This document shows, in pieces, positions 35,563-47,043 of a stretch of 47,043 bases of DNA. The notes below the pieces were generated by a model, which did not search any database, was not told where the DNA came from, and was given only the letters and a program-made list of their open reading frames with translations. This stretch comes from Toensbergia leucococca (Eukaryota): NCBI GenBank assembly GCA_022813965.1, contig JALDZS010000072.1, positions 62,001-109,043 of the forward strand, in the 5' to 3' direction. Position numbers and translations under genes: made by a program. Position 1 is the first letter of the stretch, and the number at the start of each line of letters is the position of its first letter.

Positions 35563-36236
35563 ACGAGGTCGTGTATGAAATCTGGAAAGGGGGGAGGGCT
35601 TGTATATTTTGGCGTTGTTATGGAATGGGGACGGTTGGGGGAGGGTAACAGCTTGCTCGGAGGTGTATGATATTGCTGACAAGGCATGGCTTTTATGACT
35701 TTCCTTGGTAGTTGCTCTCTATGAAAATGGGAAATGTACACCACAAATAACCCTAGTACTCGTACGAATACTCGTACTATCATCAAAATCGAAAGAAGCC
35801 GCACGTGACGTTGCAAAACCCTCAATGAAAACAAGAAGAATCTCACCCGGTCTAGTCCTCAAAGAGACCCCGCCTTCTACCCAAAGACCAAAGTCCAAAA
35901 TCCAGCGCCAAACATTATTGGAATAGAAAGCCCCCTGTCGATCCTATTCACTCTCCCTCAAAAAAAGTCAATGACATCACTGCAACTCCCATACCACCAT
36001 ACAAAGAAATAAAGAAAAAAAGCCCTACGCAATGGACATTCATCTTCCGCAACCATCACAACTAACAAAACTCGAACCTCTCTAAAACCACCGCTCCCCC
36101 ACATCAATCAAACAAATCGAAGAAAAAGAATCCGTGAAGAAACAGAAAAGAAGCAGAGAAGAGGGAAAAAACCAACAACAAAAAGGAAGCTACAACACCC
36201 ACGTTTCACCCCGGGACAAAAAGCCAGAAGAAAAAA

Positions 36237-36829
36237 ATGTCCTTTACAACCAACCTCCAAAAACTCTACCGAACCCACAGACGCAAGATCCTCGCCGCAG
36301 GCTTCATAACCGGTATCCCTCCTCCCTCCTCCCCCCACCGCATCCCCCATACCCCCCCCCAAATCAAACCCCTCCTCCTCCTCCACCTCTCCTCCCTTCC
36401 ACCCAAAACAAACTAACCGCCGCCCCTCCTGAAAACAATAAACAGGCCTCCTAACCCTCCAACAAACCCCCCTCTCGCCCCTCTCCCACGCCTTCAAAAC
36501 GCGCGGCGTGGCCAATATCGAGGACCGGTACAGCGCGGGCGGCGGATCGAGGAATCATCTCCCCGGCGTGGCGAGTCCGAGGGGGGAGAAGGGGAGTGTG
36601 GAGGAGGGGCAGGGGGTTGGTGGGGGGGGTGGGGGGGTGGGAGGGGATTGGGGGGCAGAAGGTTGAGGTTTGTTTTGGTTTTTTTGTTGTTTGTCCGGGG
36701 TGTGGGGATTTGTGAGTGGAGGGAGGGGTTTGGGTTTTGTTTTGCTGACTCCGTTTTTTTTGGGGGTAGCCGGGTGGGTTTGATAAGGCGTGGAATACGA
36801 TGAATTATGGGCAGGAGAAGGGGAAGTAG
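36237..36829 (+). CDS. Small conserved hypothetical protein hidden in low-complexity sequence
   Basis: Exon 36237-36312 (MSFTTNLQKLYRTHRRKILAAGFIT), intron to 36445 (ACTAAC..CAG), exon GLLTLQQ...FKTRGVANIEDRYSAGGGSRNHLPGVASPRG, last exon 36770-36829 PGGFDKAWNTMNYGQEKGK*. The second donor is ambiguous. Not in the ORF track. Confidence 0.7.
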
Positions 36830-37554
36830 GGGTTTTTTCTTGGGGGGGATGGGTGTGGTGCGGTTTGGGGGATTGTGGTTGCGGGTGCATTTTGGTGGTG
36901 TTTTTCTTTGGAATTGAGGGTTGGCAAGGTAGTACTTATAGAAGGTGGATTGGTTCATGGAACTTGGAAACAATTGTGTTTGGATGGTCTTGTTGTTTTT
37001 GCTTGTAGTGTGACTGCTTCGACCTGTTTTGTTGATGAGAAGGTCTAATAGGGGAGACAGGTGGTAGCGATTGATGTGACTGGCTGTAGAAGATGTTTTC
37101 GTATGATGTTAAACCTGCTTTTTGTTATGAATGAAACAGTATGAATTTAGAGAAATTGTGTGGAGGAGCATATTAAGCATTGGAATATTGTGAATAAAGG
37201 CTCACTTTTGGATAGAAGTGAACTGTAAGATGTGCTTCCATGCTAGCTGGTGAGTGTCCCCTGACTGACTCGCTGGGTAAATTTGAGAGACTGGAGGTTG
37301 GGTTCGGGACTGGTTCCCTACTAAGACTTAGCAATTGTAAATCACAGGCCACACTGTAGCCGCAGTAGTAACGAGAGGCCCAAGCAGGTTTCATGCCAAG
37401 CACATCATCACGAATGGTTGACCGGCAGATCACCCAAGTGAAGCCTCCATTGTAGTATGATTTGATAGCTGCTGATCTGATTTGGCAAAGAAAGCCAACC
37501 TCAAGCACTAGCTGGAGCACATCGTCCCCCATAAATGCTCTTGCATACTGTCAC

Positions 37555-38338
37555 CTAGCTCCGATCCCCACGCACGATACCCTCGAATCGATTCTTGAAC
37601 CATTTGACCGTCTCCGTCTGATTGATCCGATGCGATGCCCCAACCTTGGTCTTGCAGCGCCTTCGCTTTGCAACGCGCTCACCCGGTCGAGTCCTACATA
37701 TTCCCCACATCAACAATCCATACCATACATCATCCGACGACCAAACGGGGAAAGGGGATCAATCCCCAAAAAAACTCACATGCAGCAATAAAAGTCCATT
37801 CCGTAAATGCCAATCGCAGGATCATACTTGATGCCCAGATCGATATGCTCGCTAATGCCGAACCCAAAATTCCCCGTTGCGGAGAAATTCTTCTTTTTCA
37901 ATTCGTACTCTTTTACTTTGAGGCCGCGCTCAAGGATTTCTTCGGCTTTGGGCCCGCGCACGGTGACGTGGACGGCGATTTTTTCGTTGCGGCGAATGCC
38001 GAAGGTGCGGACGGTGTAGCGGGCTTTGCCTATGGGGAGAGGGAAACGGATTAGGGGGGGTTTGTTGTGGGAGGGAGAAGGGGAAAAGGAGACGCTGGAT
38101 TTGGTGGTTGGAGGGGAGCGTACTGTAGACAGGTGTTTGACCACTTAATTGTTCGAGCACTTTGGCGGCACGGGTGAGTCTGTCTCCGGATTCGCCGACT
38201 GAGATGTTGAGGACGAGTTTTTCGATGCGGAGGTCCCGCATGGGGTTTGCGCTCTTGTCTTTGCCGGATTCCGCCTGTAGCAGTGTGTCAGTATTTAGAA
38301 AGTGTGTGAGACCATGCTGCTGTAAGAAAGTATACCAT
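37555..38338 (-). CDS. RPL11: 60S ribosomal protein L11 (uL5)
   Basis: Exons 38338-38336, 38274-38124, 38029-37780, 37693-37555. [60 protein letters not shown]. Confidence 0.98.
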
Positions 38339-38612
38339 GATTGTCTAGCTCAGGAATTGCAGATGCTTCGCTGAAGTCTACGAAGCTGGAATATGAGGTT
38401 TGTGGGTGGAGTTGTGCTTAAGCGAGAGCCCTTAGCGTGTAAGACCAATTTAGCGCCATATCTGGGGAACAGAGCCGCAACTCCCTGGAAGTTTTATACA
38501 CACTCTCCCAAAGCTTGACGTTGAGCTCGTGCAGAGGGAAAACAGAAGTCTAGTACTTCATTACAATCTTTGGACATATCATCCGTCGCGCTCGCGGCAT
38601 TCTTGACACAAT

Positions 38613-39597
38613 ATGGCGGACAAAAAGGGGAAAATGGTAAGTCCTAACCTCCACAATGACGCTGCAGATTCTACATACGTCTAAGACTGACTTCTTCTGG
38701 TGCAGCAAAATCTTGTGAGTTGTCCCCCTCAATAAGGACGACCCAGTTTGGCTGGCTTGAACGTCCAGCTCTAGAACGGCTGACTCGAGCACAGATTAAT
38801 TACCGTATGCGGATTACTTTAAACGATGGACGGCAAATGACTGGTCAAATGCTAGCATTTGATAAGGTATTACCAACAATTCGCTTCGTCTCACATCGTG
38901 CTCACTCATACCCTAAAAGCACATGAATCTCGTTCTCGCAGATACGGAAGAATTCCGACGAGTAAAGCGCAAGCCCACAAAAGGAGCCCAGTCAGCACCT
39001 GGCAGTTCCACTCCCGCCCTTGTCGAATCAGAAGAAAAGCGTACGCTCGGCCTCACCATCGTCCGCGGTACTCATATTGTCTCTTGTTCCGTTGACGGTC
39101 CTCCCCCCGCCGATCCCTCTGCACGATTAGGAGCAAGCGCACCAGGAGGCGCCGGGGCTGCACCGCCAACGCTGACTGCTGGGCCTGGTATAAGCCGGCC
39201 GGCTGGGCGAGGGCTGCCAATTGGGCTGAGTGGGCCTGCGGTTGGTGTGGGTGGACCTGCGCCTCCGGGTGGATTTGCTGGTTTCCCACCGGCGGGGTTC
39301 CCAGGGGGTGCTCCACCGGGGTTTGGTGGAAGGGGAGGACCACCAGGAGGACCACGTATGTTTTGCTTAACGCGTAATATAGAATTGGATTGCTAATTTT
39401 TCTATAGCCGGCTTTGCACCACCACCAGGATTTGGAGGTCCAGGAGGTCCACGTACGTACCAATGCATACTTGATACATGGACGATTCTATAGCTAACAT
39501 TTCTTTAGCTCAAGCATTCCAGCCACCACCAGGCTTCCAGGTACCGCCCGGAGGAGGTCGAGGATTCCCACCGCCAGGCTTCGGGGGAGGAAGATAA
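38613..39597 (+). CDS. SMB1: Spliceosomal Sm protein B
   Basis: [48 protein letters not shown]...[12 protein letters not shown] with a G/P-rich tail. Five introns, including a 9-nt exon at 38706-38714. Confidence 0.95.
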
Positions 39598-40206
39598 GAG
39601 GCGGAAAGCTATGTTCTTGTGGTGGTCTTCTCTAAGTCTAGAGGTGTTCCGCCGCCCTAGCCATATGGTGTGTCTTCAGCACCGAAGCGAATCTAGTAGT
39701 TGAGATGGTCCCCAGTTACGGCGTTTAGGGTATGGATTGACGACATACCACAAAAGCAATCCTTGTCTTCAGCAACAACTGTCGTCTCTGGGAATGCGAG
39801 CTTCTGAGAACGCAAAAGAACCCCACCCAGAACACCAATATGAACAAAGATGCCAATTGGCTGAATTATAAATCTGCATGGCGCACAGGATTAGTCAATC
39901 CGTAAATAAACAGCGCCACTAGAACAGCAATCTCAAGAGTACATCTGAATATCTAAACATCTAATAAATACTTTGAAACTCACTGAAAAACCATCACAAA
40001 CACGATATTCAGACCTATGACAGTCGTGCCTTCTCCCCTCCATTTAAACTCCGCCTAGCTCCGTCCCACCCCAGCACCTCCGAAACTTCCATCCCCCTCT
40101 CCCTCCGAAGACATCAATCACCAAAAACCCGCACTCACCATCTCCTCTCCCAACTCATCACAGTCTCTCTCCCATCAGCAATCCACCCCACCCCGCTCCC
40201 GCAAAA

Positions 40207-41033
40207 ATGGCCGCCGCCATCTCAGCCCTCAATGCCAAAATCCGCTCCCAACCCGTCCTCAACTACATCTGCTCAACACGTAACATCAATCCCACCCACC
40301 CCAGCACTCACCCAGCAACCTACGAAGCTGTATGAAAACTGATCGTGAAAAAACGGCGACGCAGACTTCTGGGGTCCAGCCTCCAACTTCGGCATCCCCA
40401 TCGCCGCATTTATGGACACGCAAAAAAACCCAGACATGTAAACCCACCCCACCCGCCCACCTCTCCTCTCCTATTCTCCCCTCCCCTTCCCCCTTTTCCC
40501 AAAAAACACACCCCAAAACCCCCCCAGCTCCAACGAAGAAAGAATCCATCTCTAACAAAACACACATGGCCATGGGAAATACAGCATCTCGGGCAAAATG
40601 ACCGCAGCCCTAACAGTCTACTCGGGCACCTTCATGCGCTACGCCCTCGCCGTCCAGCCCAAGAACTACCTCCTCTTCGCCTGCCATTTTCTGAATTTCG
40701 GGGCCCAGCTGACGCAGGGATATCGGTGGACGGGGTATTGGCAGTGAGTCTTTTCCCTCTTCTTCCCCCCCCGTCTCCCACTTCGCCTCTTCCCTCCAAG
40801 TTTTTTTTTTCCTTTTAAGGGGGTATTTGGTTGGTAGGATATGGGGATCAAGTGGTATTGAATTGGATGGCTGATTGATGGGCTTTTTTGGGGGTAACAG
40901 TTATGGAGGGAGGGAAAAGGCGTTGGAGGAGATGAGGAGGGCGAAAAGCGGGGATGTTGAGGGGGTCGGGAAGGAAGTTTTGGGGAAGGGGAAGGAGGTG
41001 TTAGGGGATGTCAAGGAGAAGGTGTTGAAGTAG
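40207..41033 (+). CDS. MPC1: Mitochondrial pyruvate carrier subunit 1
   Basis: Introns 40280-40364, 40438-40584 and 40744-40900 give [54 protein letters not shown]. Confidence 0.93.
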
Positions 41034-41277
41034 GCTCAAGGGGTCACTTGAGGGGAGTTGGTGACAAGAGGATGTTGAATGAAATTTCGGGTAGGAGCTT
41101 GGTTAACTTTGAGGGCTCAAGGAAGCCGTGGAGACGGATTTGCTCGAGGGGGTGGCGGAGCTGCAACTCTTCGCTGCTGCAAGCTCGTCTTGCTGAGAAC
41201 ATATTTGCAAGCGTCCATGTAAGAGTTTATAAATAAAGAGAGCTAAAGGTACTCGTACGCGATGGAAAAGAAACTAG

Positions 41278-42507
41278 CTATGATACACTAGATCTCCGTC
41301 CTGGACTCCCCAACGCCAGTCTGCGCCCTATGTTCCCAAAACACAGACTGCTGCAGAACAAGACACTAGCAATCCACGTCCCAGCGCCAATACTTTCGTT
41401 GCTGACCATCGCATCGTGCATGAGCCCATCGTAAGAGGTGTTGTCGAAGCTTGCTCTTGGTAGGGGCGAGGCGGGCATGGGGATCATTTCTGGGTTGACA
41501 CCTAGCAGGACTGCCGTGCCGGTGATGCCGACGATGGTGGAGAGGAGAAAGCCGGCTTTGGAGCGATCGAGAAGGTACCAGAGGACTGGGTTGACGAGGG
41601 CAAGGGTTAGGGAGACTTGAAGGGTGGACTGCCACGGGAGTTTACGCTGAGGTTACTATTAGCCGAAGTTTTCGTTCGAAGTTCTAAAGGGTTGAGGGTG
41701 GGTTTGTACAATTGCAAATGCAATTCCCACAAAGGCACCTATGCTGCGGACAATAGGAATCCAGTGCGCCCCCAATCCGCTTTCAGCTCCCAATGTAGGT
41801 CTCTCGTCCTCGTCTTTGCTCGTACCGGTGGCCACGGATCTCAAATCTTCGTTCAACGCCTTCAACGCTTTGGACACTCTGGCACTCTCGTCATCGCCCA
41901 AGGTCTCCTCCCACAGAATGTCCACCCAAGGTAGTAAACCTCCCAAGCCAACGCCAGCTATACCCCAGAATAACAAGTAGTGCCATGAATGGCGATTGAT
42001 ACCCTCAATTTTCACCGGAGCTAATCCGTGATTATCATGTAGATGTGTGATGATAACTCCGTAGGCAACCCCAAACACAAAGAGCAATAATGTCCGCAAC
42101 GCCAAGGGCCGGAAGGAGTTTCGAGGGCTGTGATGATGCTGCAATTGGGAATTTCGGGAGATTTGAGATGGGAGGAGCTGATGAGCCCCGAGCATGGATG
42201 GTTTGCTATTGCTTCCGTTTGGCTGGGGGACGGGAGTCTGGGCGCCGGTACCCCACGGCGTTGTAGCCTCATCGCGTGACGGCTCATAGCCAGTGGGAGA
42301 GTATATTCCAAAGAGGGTGGAGGAGGTGAGGTTAAGGATCGAGTGTGTTTTGGTTATCAATGTATCCTTTTGAAGTCTTGGGTCCATTAGTGATGACTCT
42401 CCTGTTTCCGGGTTGGGGGTGGGAGGAGATGAGGATTCGGTTGAGGCGGAGGAGAGGTCGAAAGGCCGTCGGGCAATGGGACGAAGTAGGGGTGAAGAGT
42501 CTGTCAT
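41278..42507 (-). CDS. INSIG-family sterol-sensing-domain chaperone (Nsg1/Nsg2-like)
   Basis: SILNLTSSTLFGIY and LFVFGVAYG. Intron 41709-41647 gives VRSIGAFVGIAFAI|RKLPWQSTLQVSLTLALVNPVLWYLLDRS; C-terminal WIASVLFCSSLCFGNIGRRL. Confidence 0.88.
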
Positions 42508-43197
42508 GGCAAGTAAATGAACATGCACTGTTGGCTGGATGCTTGTACGTCTTTTAAAGACTTCTACTTGGTGCCGATTCAAAACAGGCTTCCATTGATG
42601 TAACAGTGGGTGGAGTTTGTTTTTGAGACTCACTTGTATATTGCACAAGGCAAGGGACTGCCAAGAGGAGAGGGAGGGGAGAGATGGAAAGATTGGACAA
42701 TGAGGCAAGCCGGGTCAGCAATCAGCATGTGAAAATAGGTAGGTATGGTAGGTGGGTAGGTACTCCGTACTGCCTAAAGTACTCGTACTCGTACCTAATA
42801 GGCTACGGTATTTTTGTTGGTCACTAGCTGGCAATTAAGGCCCACCACCCAATCATGTCAGCCCTACCGAGTATCCGTACATCGCCTATCATCGTATCCG
42901 TATTGTAACCCAAAGTCTCCACACGCATGACTAGATCCGTCTATCAACCCAATACGAGTAATGTTTTACGCTTCTTAGCTACATGTCAAGTCAGGCCATC
43001 TTTTCCTCCCAAAACTCCTGTAAAAATACAGTGTTGGACCAGGGTCGAAAAAGAATTCTCTGTCCAAGTTTGTGCCCCCAATCGATAACCAAGTGTGCTT
43101 CCACGATACTTGAGTCTATCGAGAAATGCCGTGAAACCATAGGCCTGCCGAGCCTTCCGTACCCACTGGGTAATGTTCGTACAAGATCAAGCTGTTG

Positions 43198-45630
43198 TTA
43201 ATCCATCATCTCCTCCTCAGACATGTCATCTCCCTCTCCTTCGCTCTCATCTATACCACTGTCGTAGTCCATCTCATCTTCCAGATGATCATCGTCTCTA
43301 CTTTCCCCCAAAAGATCCAGATCCAGATCATCCAGGGCCTCCTCATGACTATCCCCATCATGACTTCTCTCGGGCCTCATACCGTGACTGCCGTTGCTCC
43401 TGCTGCGCTTCGCAGTCGCTCGTTCTAGAGGACCTTCATCTCCAGTGTAGCCCTCTGCCTTCCTCTTGCGCTTTTGATACCCTTTGATTAATCCATTCAA
43501 CGGCAGTCCATTATCCTCCCTAGCGAGGCGCCTCACAGCCCTATCAACAGCCTTCTTTTGCCTCAATGCTTCTTCTCCGTAATCCTCGTCCTCTCCCGGG
43601 TTGGGCATCAAGCCACCAGGACCCCATGCATGCTCGTCTTCAGTGTTATAGTCGTCTGGTAGTTCTTGAATACGCTTCATTGCAGTAAAGCCTGCAGAGC
43701 TGCTTTCCTTCCTTTTCCTTTTACGCATTTTGCTATGTTCGGACCCTAGCTTCTTATGTAAAATGTGATCGATTCGCATCTTCCTATTGATGTTCACTGC
43801 CTTCTGATGAGAAGTCTCGGGACGTGGACGCCGCTGACTCAGGCCATTGGTGTTGCTAGCTTGTAGGATGGGATGACCGGAGCCAGGGGGTGCCGGGGAT
43901 GACGAATCAGGGACGTGGTCCATTCGGGTCTTGAGCACCAAGCGCTGAGGGTTGCTTTGATCTACTCTGTTGCGCGGTGCACGTGCAAGATTGCGCCTCA
44001 ACACCGAGGGCGCACCATCGTTCAGACCATTCAAGACCATCTCCGCACCTCCAAACCCTGATCCAATGTGGTGGGAAAGACCCGCTCCCATTGGCGAAGG
44101 AGAACGTGTACGATCCGTGTCTGATAGAGCTCGTTGAGGGGAACCCGAACCGCCCTCCTCAGCATTAGGTGCGTTAGGATCTATCAATATTTTAGTATCA
44201 ACTCTTCATGAAGTCATACGGGCAGGAGCAGCAGATCGTTTAGTCATACTCCAGATTGACGGACAGATATGTCAAGACTTACTTTTCTTCCCTCTTTTCA
44301 TCGGCGGTCCAGCCGTCTCATCCTCCTCCAAAATACGTTTCCTTTCCTCTCTTTTCATCTCTCCATACGTCTTCTCTTCTTCTGTGTCCACATTCTCTGC
44401 ATTTGCTTGGTCCTCAGTCAGGTGTTCAAAGGCAGGAACCTTCAATGGTAAGCCACCCGTTGAATCTCCATGCTGTCCTTGGCCGAACGGGTTGTTTTCA
44501 GCGGCTTCTCGAGAGAAATCGCTCTCCAAATAAAACCAGATGAGCCATAAGAAAGCTTTAGCTCTGCTTCGACTGCTCAGAGTACCACGCATAACTAGGT
44601 CAAAGAAATCTCGTGGCGGGAAGAAATGCGTCTCGGAAATTTTGGGAGCATATTGGGAAAGGACAAAAATGAGGTTCACAGGATTAGTCCGCGGGATAGG
44701 AGCTGCTTTAATCTTTTCAACTGTGTTGGGCTGAGATGGATCTTCTGATGCGCCTTTCAAAATGGACTTGAGACGAGGAGCGTCTTGTAGTTGCTTGTAT
44801 GCATTGGGATCCTGATGAGCTTGAAGCGATGGAATGGAGTGATATGTCCGAAGCTGAGCTCGCATCTCAGGAAAAACTGAGGCAAACAATTAGCACAAGG
44901 TTGTCTTGCCCACTGAATCAAACTTACAATTCAAAGTGGTATTCATCCGACCAACATTCACCAACAAGCAGATCATGGCCATGTTTACAGCTGCCTGATG
45001 ATCGCTAAGGAGCTTGTCCTTGAGAACCTTACTCGTCTTATTGCTCTTTGCCATGGCGTCGATGTAAATGTCGGCAAAATCATGGCCTTTAGTACCGTCC
45101 GATGCCTTTGTGAAGACTGCAGTCTGGTCCTCAAAAACTGCGCGTAGAAAAGAGAATTGGATGTCTTTCCGCCAAAGCGGAATGCCATCTTCCTTCTTCA
45201 GATGCCTGATCTTGTTTCCCGAATACACAGATCCAATAGTGCCATTAGCATTTCTCCGAGTGTGAGCCACCGTCATGGTGTATGATGGATTCACTTCGGC
45301 GGCTCGAGTGTAGGAATCATTCTGAACGCTGCCTTCATCCTCGGTGTTTTCCTTGATGCCCTCCTGAATCCAAACCGTTGGGTTTTTAACCGGAGTGCTA
45401 GGCAGATCTTGTAGGGGCTGCGTTTTGGCAGGAGGTTCGGCAGCAGCAAGAACGTGCTGTAAGCTTTGTCTAGGGTCTGGTTCCTCGGCCCGTGTAGGTG
45501 AGGGTAAGTGCACAGCGTTTCTTTCGAGGTCCATTTCCATATCTAGAGGAGGCGTTGCAGAGGCAGGCGATTGAGGTTCGAAGATTGCCTTGTGCTCAGG
45601 ATTTGGACGAGGATGAGCAACAGCAGCCAT
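43198..45630 (-). CDS. IES1: INO80 chromatin-remodelling complex subunit Ies1
   Basis: KIRHLKKEDGIPLWRKDIQ; NVGRMNTTLN|FFPEMRAQLRTYHSIPSLQ (intron 44927-44877); LQDAPRLKSILK; second intron 44282-44181. Confidence 0.85.
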
Positions 45631-47043
45631 CGCATCTGTCGCTGTTATTTAATAGACATGTTAGTCACTCTGATTGGACTTTCACGTCCACGAGCTTCGC
45701 ATCCCCGAAGCTAAAGCAAGATCTGTGACTCGATCAATCGTTGTGCTATCTTTATCCGTACAAGCCAGACAAACTCGTCAGGTAAGGTATGCCAAGACTT
45801 TCTCGGAAATCATCATGCATGGATACGCTAGTTCTACTCTAGGGCTTGGGGACTGCCACTGCACTCTGTCACAACAATTCAATTTTATCACAGAGTATCC
45901 GTACATGGTTATCTTATGCATACCTACATTTAGCATTGTGAATCCTCATTTCTTCTTCACAGCACTGTTGTGAATATGAATAGATAGTGCATTGTGCTGT
46001 TTACCTGATACATTTTGCTAGATACAGCACTCAATTTTTATTAGAAGGTTCAATTGAGATACTGAATTTCTCTACAGTCAAATGCATCTCTCTGCCCATT
46101 CCTCAAGCCTGCGCTAGACCACAACACAACAGAGTAGACACTGAGTAGAGGTGAAATTCCTGAATTATTCTCAAGATGCTACACGGGAATGTGGGTGTGA
46201 TTTCTTGGCATGCTTATTTGAGTAGGACGTGAGCACAGAAATAGAAGTTTTAGACAGGAGCACTGAAAAAGCACGCCTCATATTTCAATTGATTCAATAC
46301 AACTTTCTGTAGTGACAAGCTCAAGAGTCAGATTACCAGTCTGTTACATGAATTAGTGTTCAAGTTCTTAATCTATCGTAGATTCATGGCCTGTTGGTGT
46401 AGTTGAACAAAGGCTGCTCCGCAAGCCATTGAACAGCTGGTAAACATTGATCCACTGCCTATCTTCCCGTGTCATGCTAGGCTCTACTTTCTGGTATCAT
46501 ACTCCGTACCGTACCTTCATGCTGTGCTTCATGCTCTATCTCCGCGCTGTGTGTGTCGTTCATCTTTGTAAGAAGAGAATATGACTGATCGTGAGAGGTG
46601 ATTCTCTTTCAGAGCAAGGCTAGGTTTTGCATTGCAGTTTGCACGGTTTTCTTCATTGAATATATGAGCACATCATGAGATCACAAGGTCACGTAGGTAA
46701 TTCAGAATGCATAGAGAACTGACCGCAGTAATTCATTGCTAGCTGAGCTGGGATTCGTTCAAAGCACCTTGGTTCTTTTGCCCAAGCCCCTAGACCATCG
46801 CCATTTGATCGTTGGAGACATGCCTCGATGGCACTCCTCCGGAATTGACATAACAAAGACAACTCTTCTCTGATATATTCTCCGGAGATACCGAGATTGT
46901 CCGATACACAAATTAAGAGTCTTGCAAGACATCAAGCGCCGCTGCCTCCCATTTTGAATGGCACATGCCCGGATGAACGCCCGTGGCAAGAGGATGCCCA
47001 TCTATCGCTGCTAAAATCATGAACCACCTGGCCCTTCCGAATC

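Noticed and set aside
30210..41033. PYC1 and MPC1 as a pyruvate-metabolism gene cluster
   Set aside because: They are separated by unrelated genes (RPL11, SmB, small proteins), and nothing in the sequence shows co-regulation.
45700..47043. Short ORFs at the right end of the window
   Set aside because: No homologous motifs or splice-supported model visible.
1..47043. CRISPR arrays, rRNA, tRNA and spliceosomal snRNA genes
   Set aside because: No repeat-spacer arrays or diagnostic conserved RNA motifs were found by eye; the sequence is eukaryotic.

Overview
Intron-containing genomic DNA from a filamentous ascomycete (Pezizomycotina): GT..AG introns of about 45-160 nt with CTAAC/CTGAC branch points. 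Most of the window is a housekeeping block: partial GST-kappa/DsbA gene, GTS1-like ArfGAP, nitronate monooxygenase, COG0523 GTPase, family-16 methyltransferase, ornithine decarboxylase, POL31, clathrin heavy chain, pyruvate carboxylase, RPL11, SmB, MPC1, INSIG/NSG, IES1 and several small conserved proteins. An accessory island of about 7 kb (~14.0-20.9 kb) lies between ODC and POL31. It holds two intact, intronless, divergent genes for apparently secreted enzymes (an SMP-30/lactonase-like protein and a crotonase with a signal peptide). It also holds a decayed DUF3435-like (Starship captain-type) tyrosine recombinase fragment, a TA-flanked MITE, an FAD-monooxygenase pseudogene split by a ~1.1 kb insertion, and a long GAAA-capped hairpin. 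Other signals: a ~630 nt AUG-free ODC leader with candidate non-AUG uORFs, repeated C/A-to-G/T strand-skew inversions, and a recurrent intergenic TACTCGTAC motif. Exon boundaries were read by eye and family calls come from remembered motifs; no database search was run.
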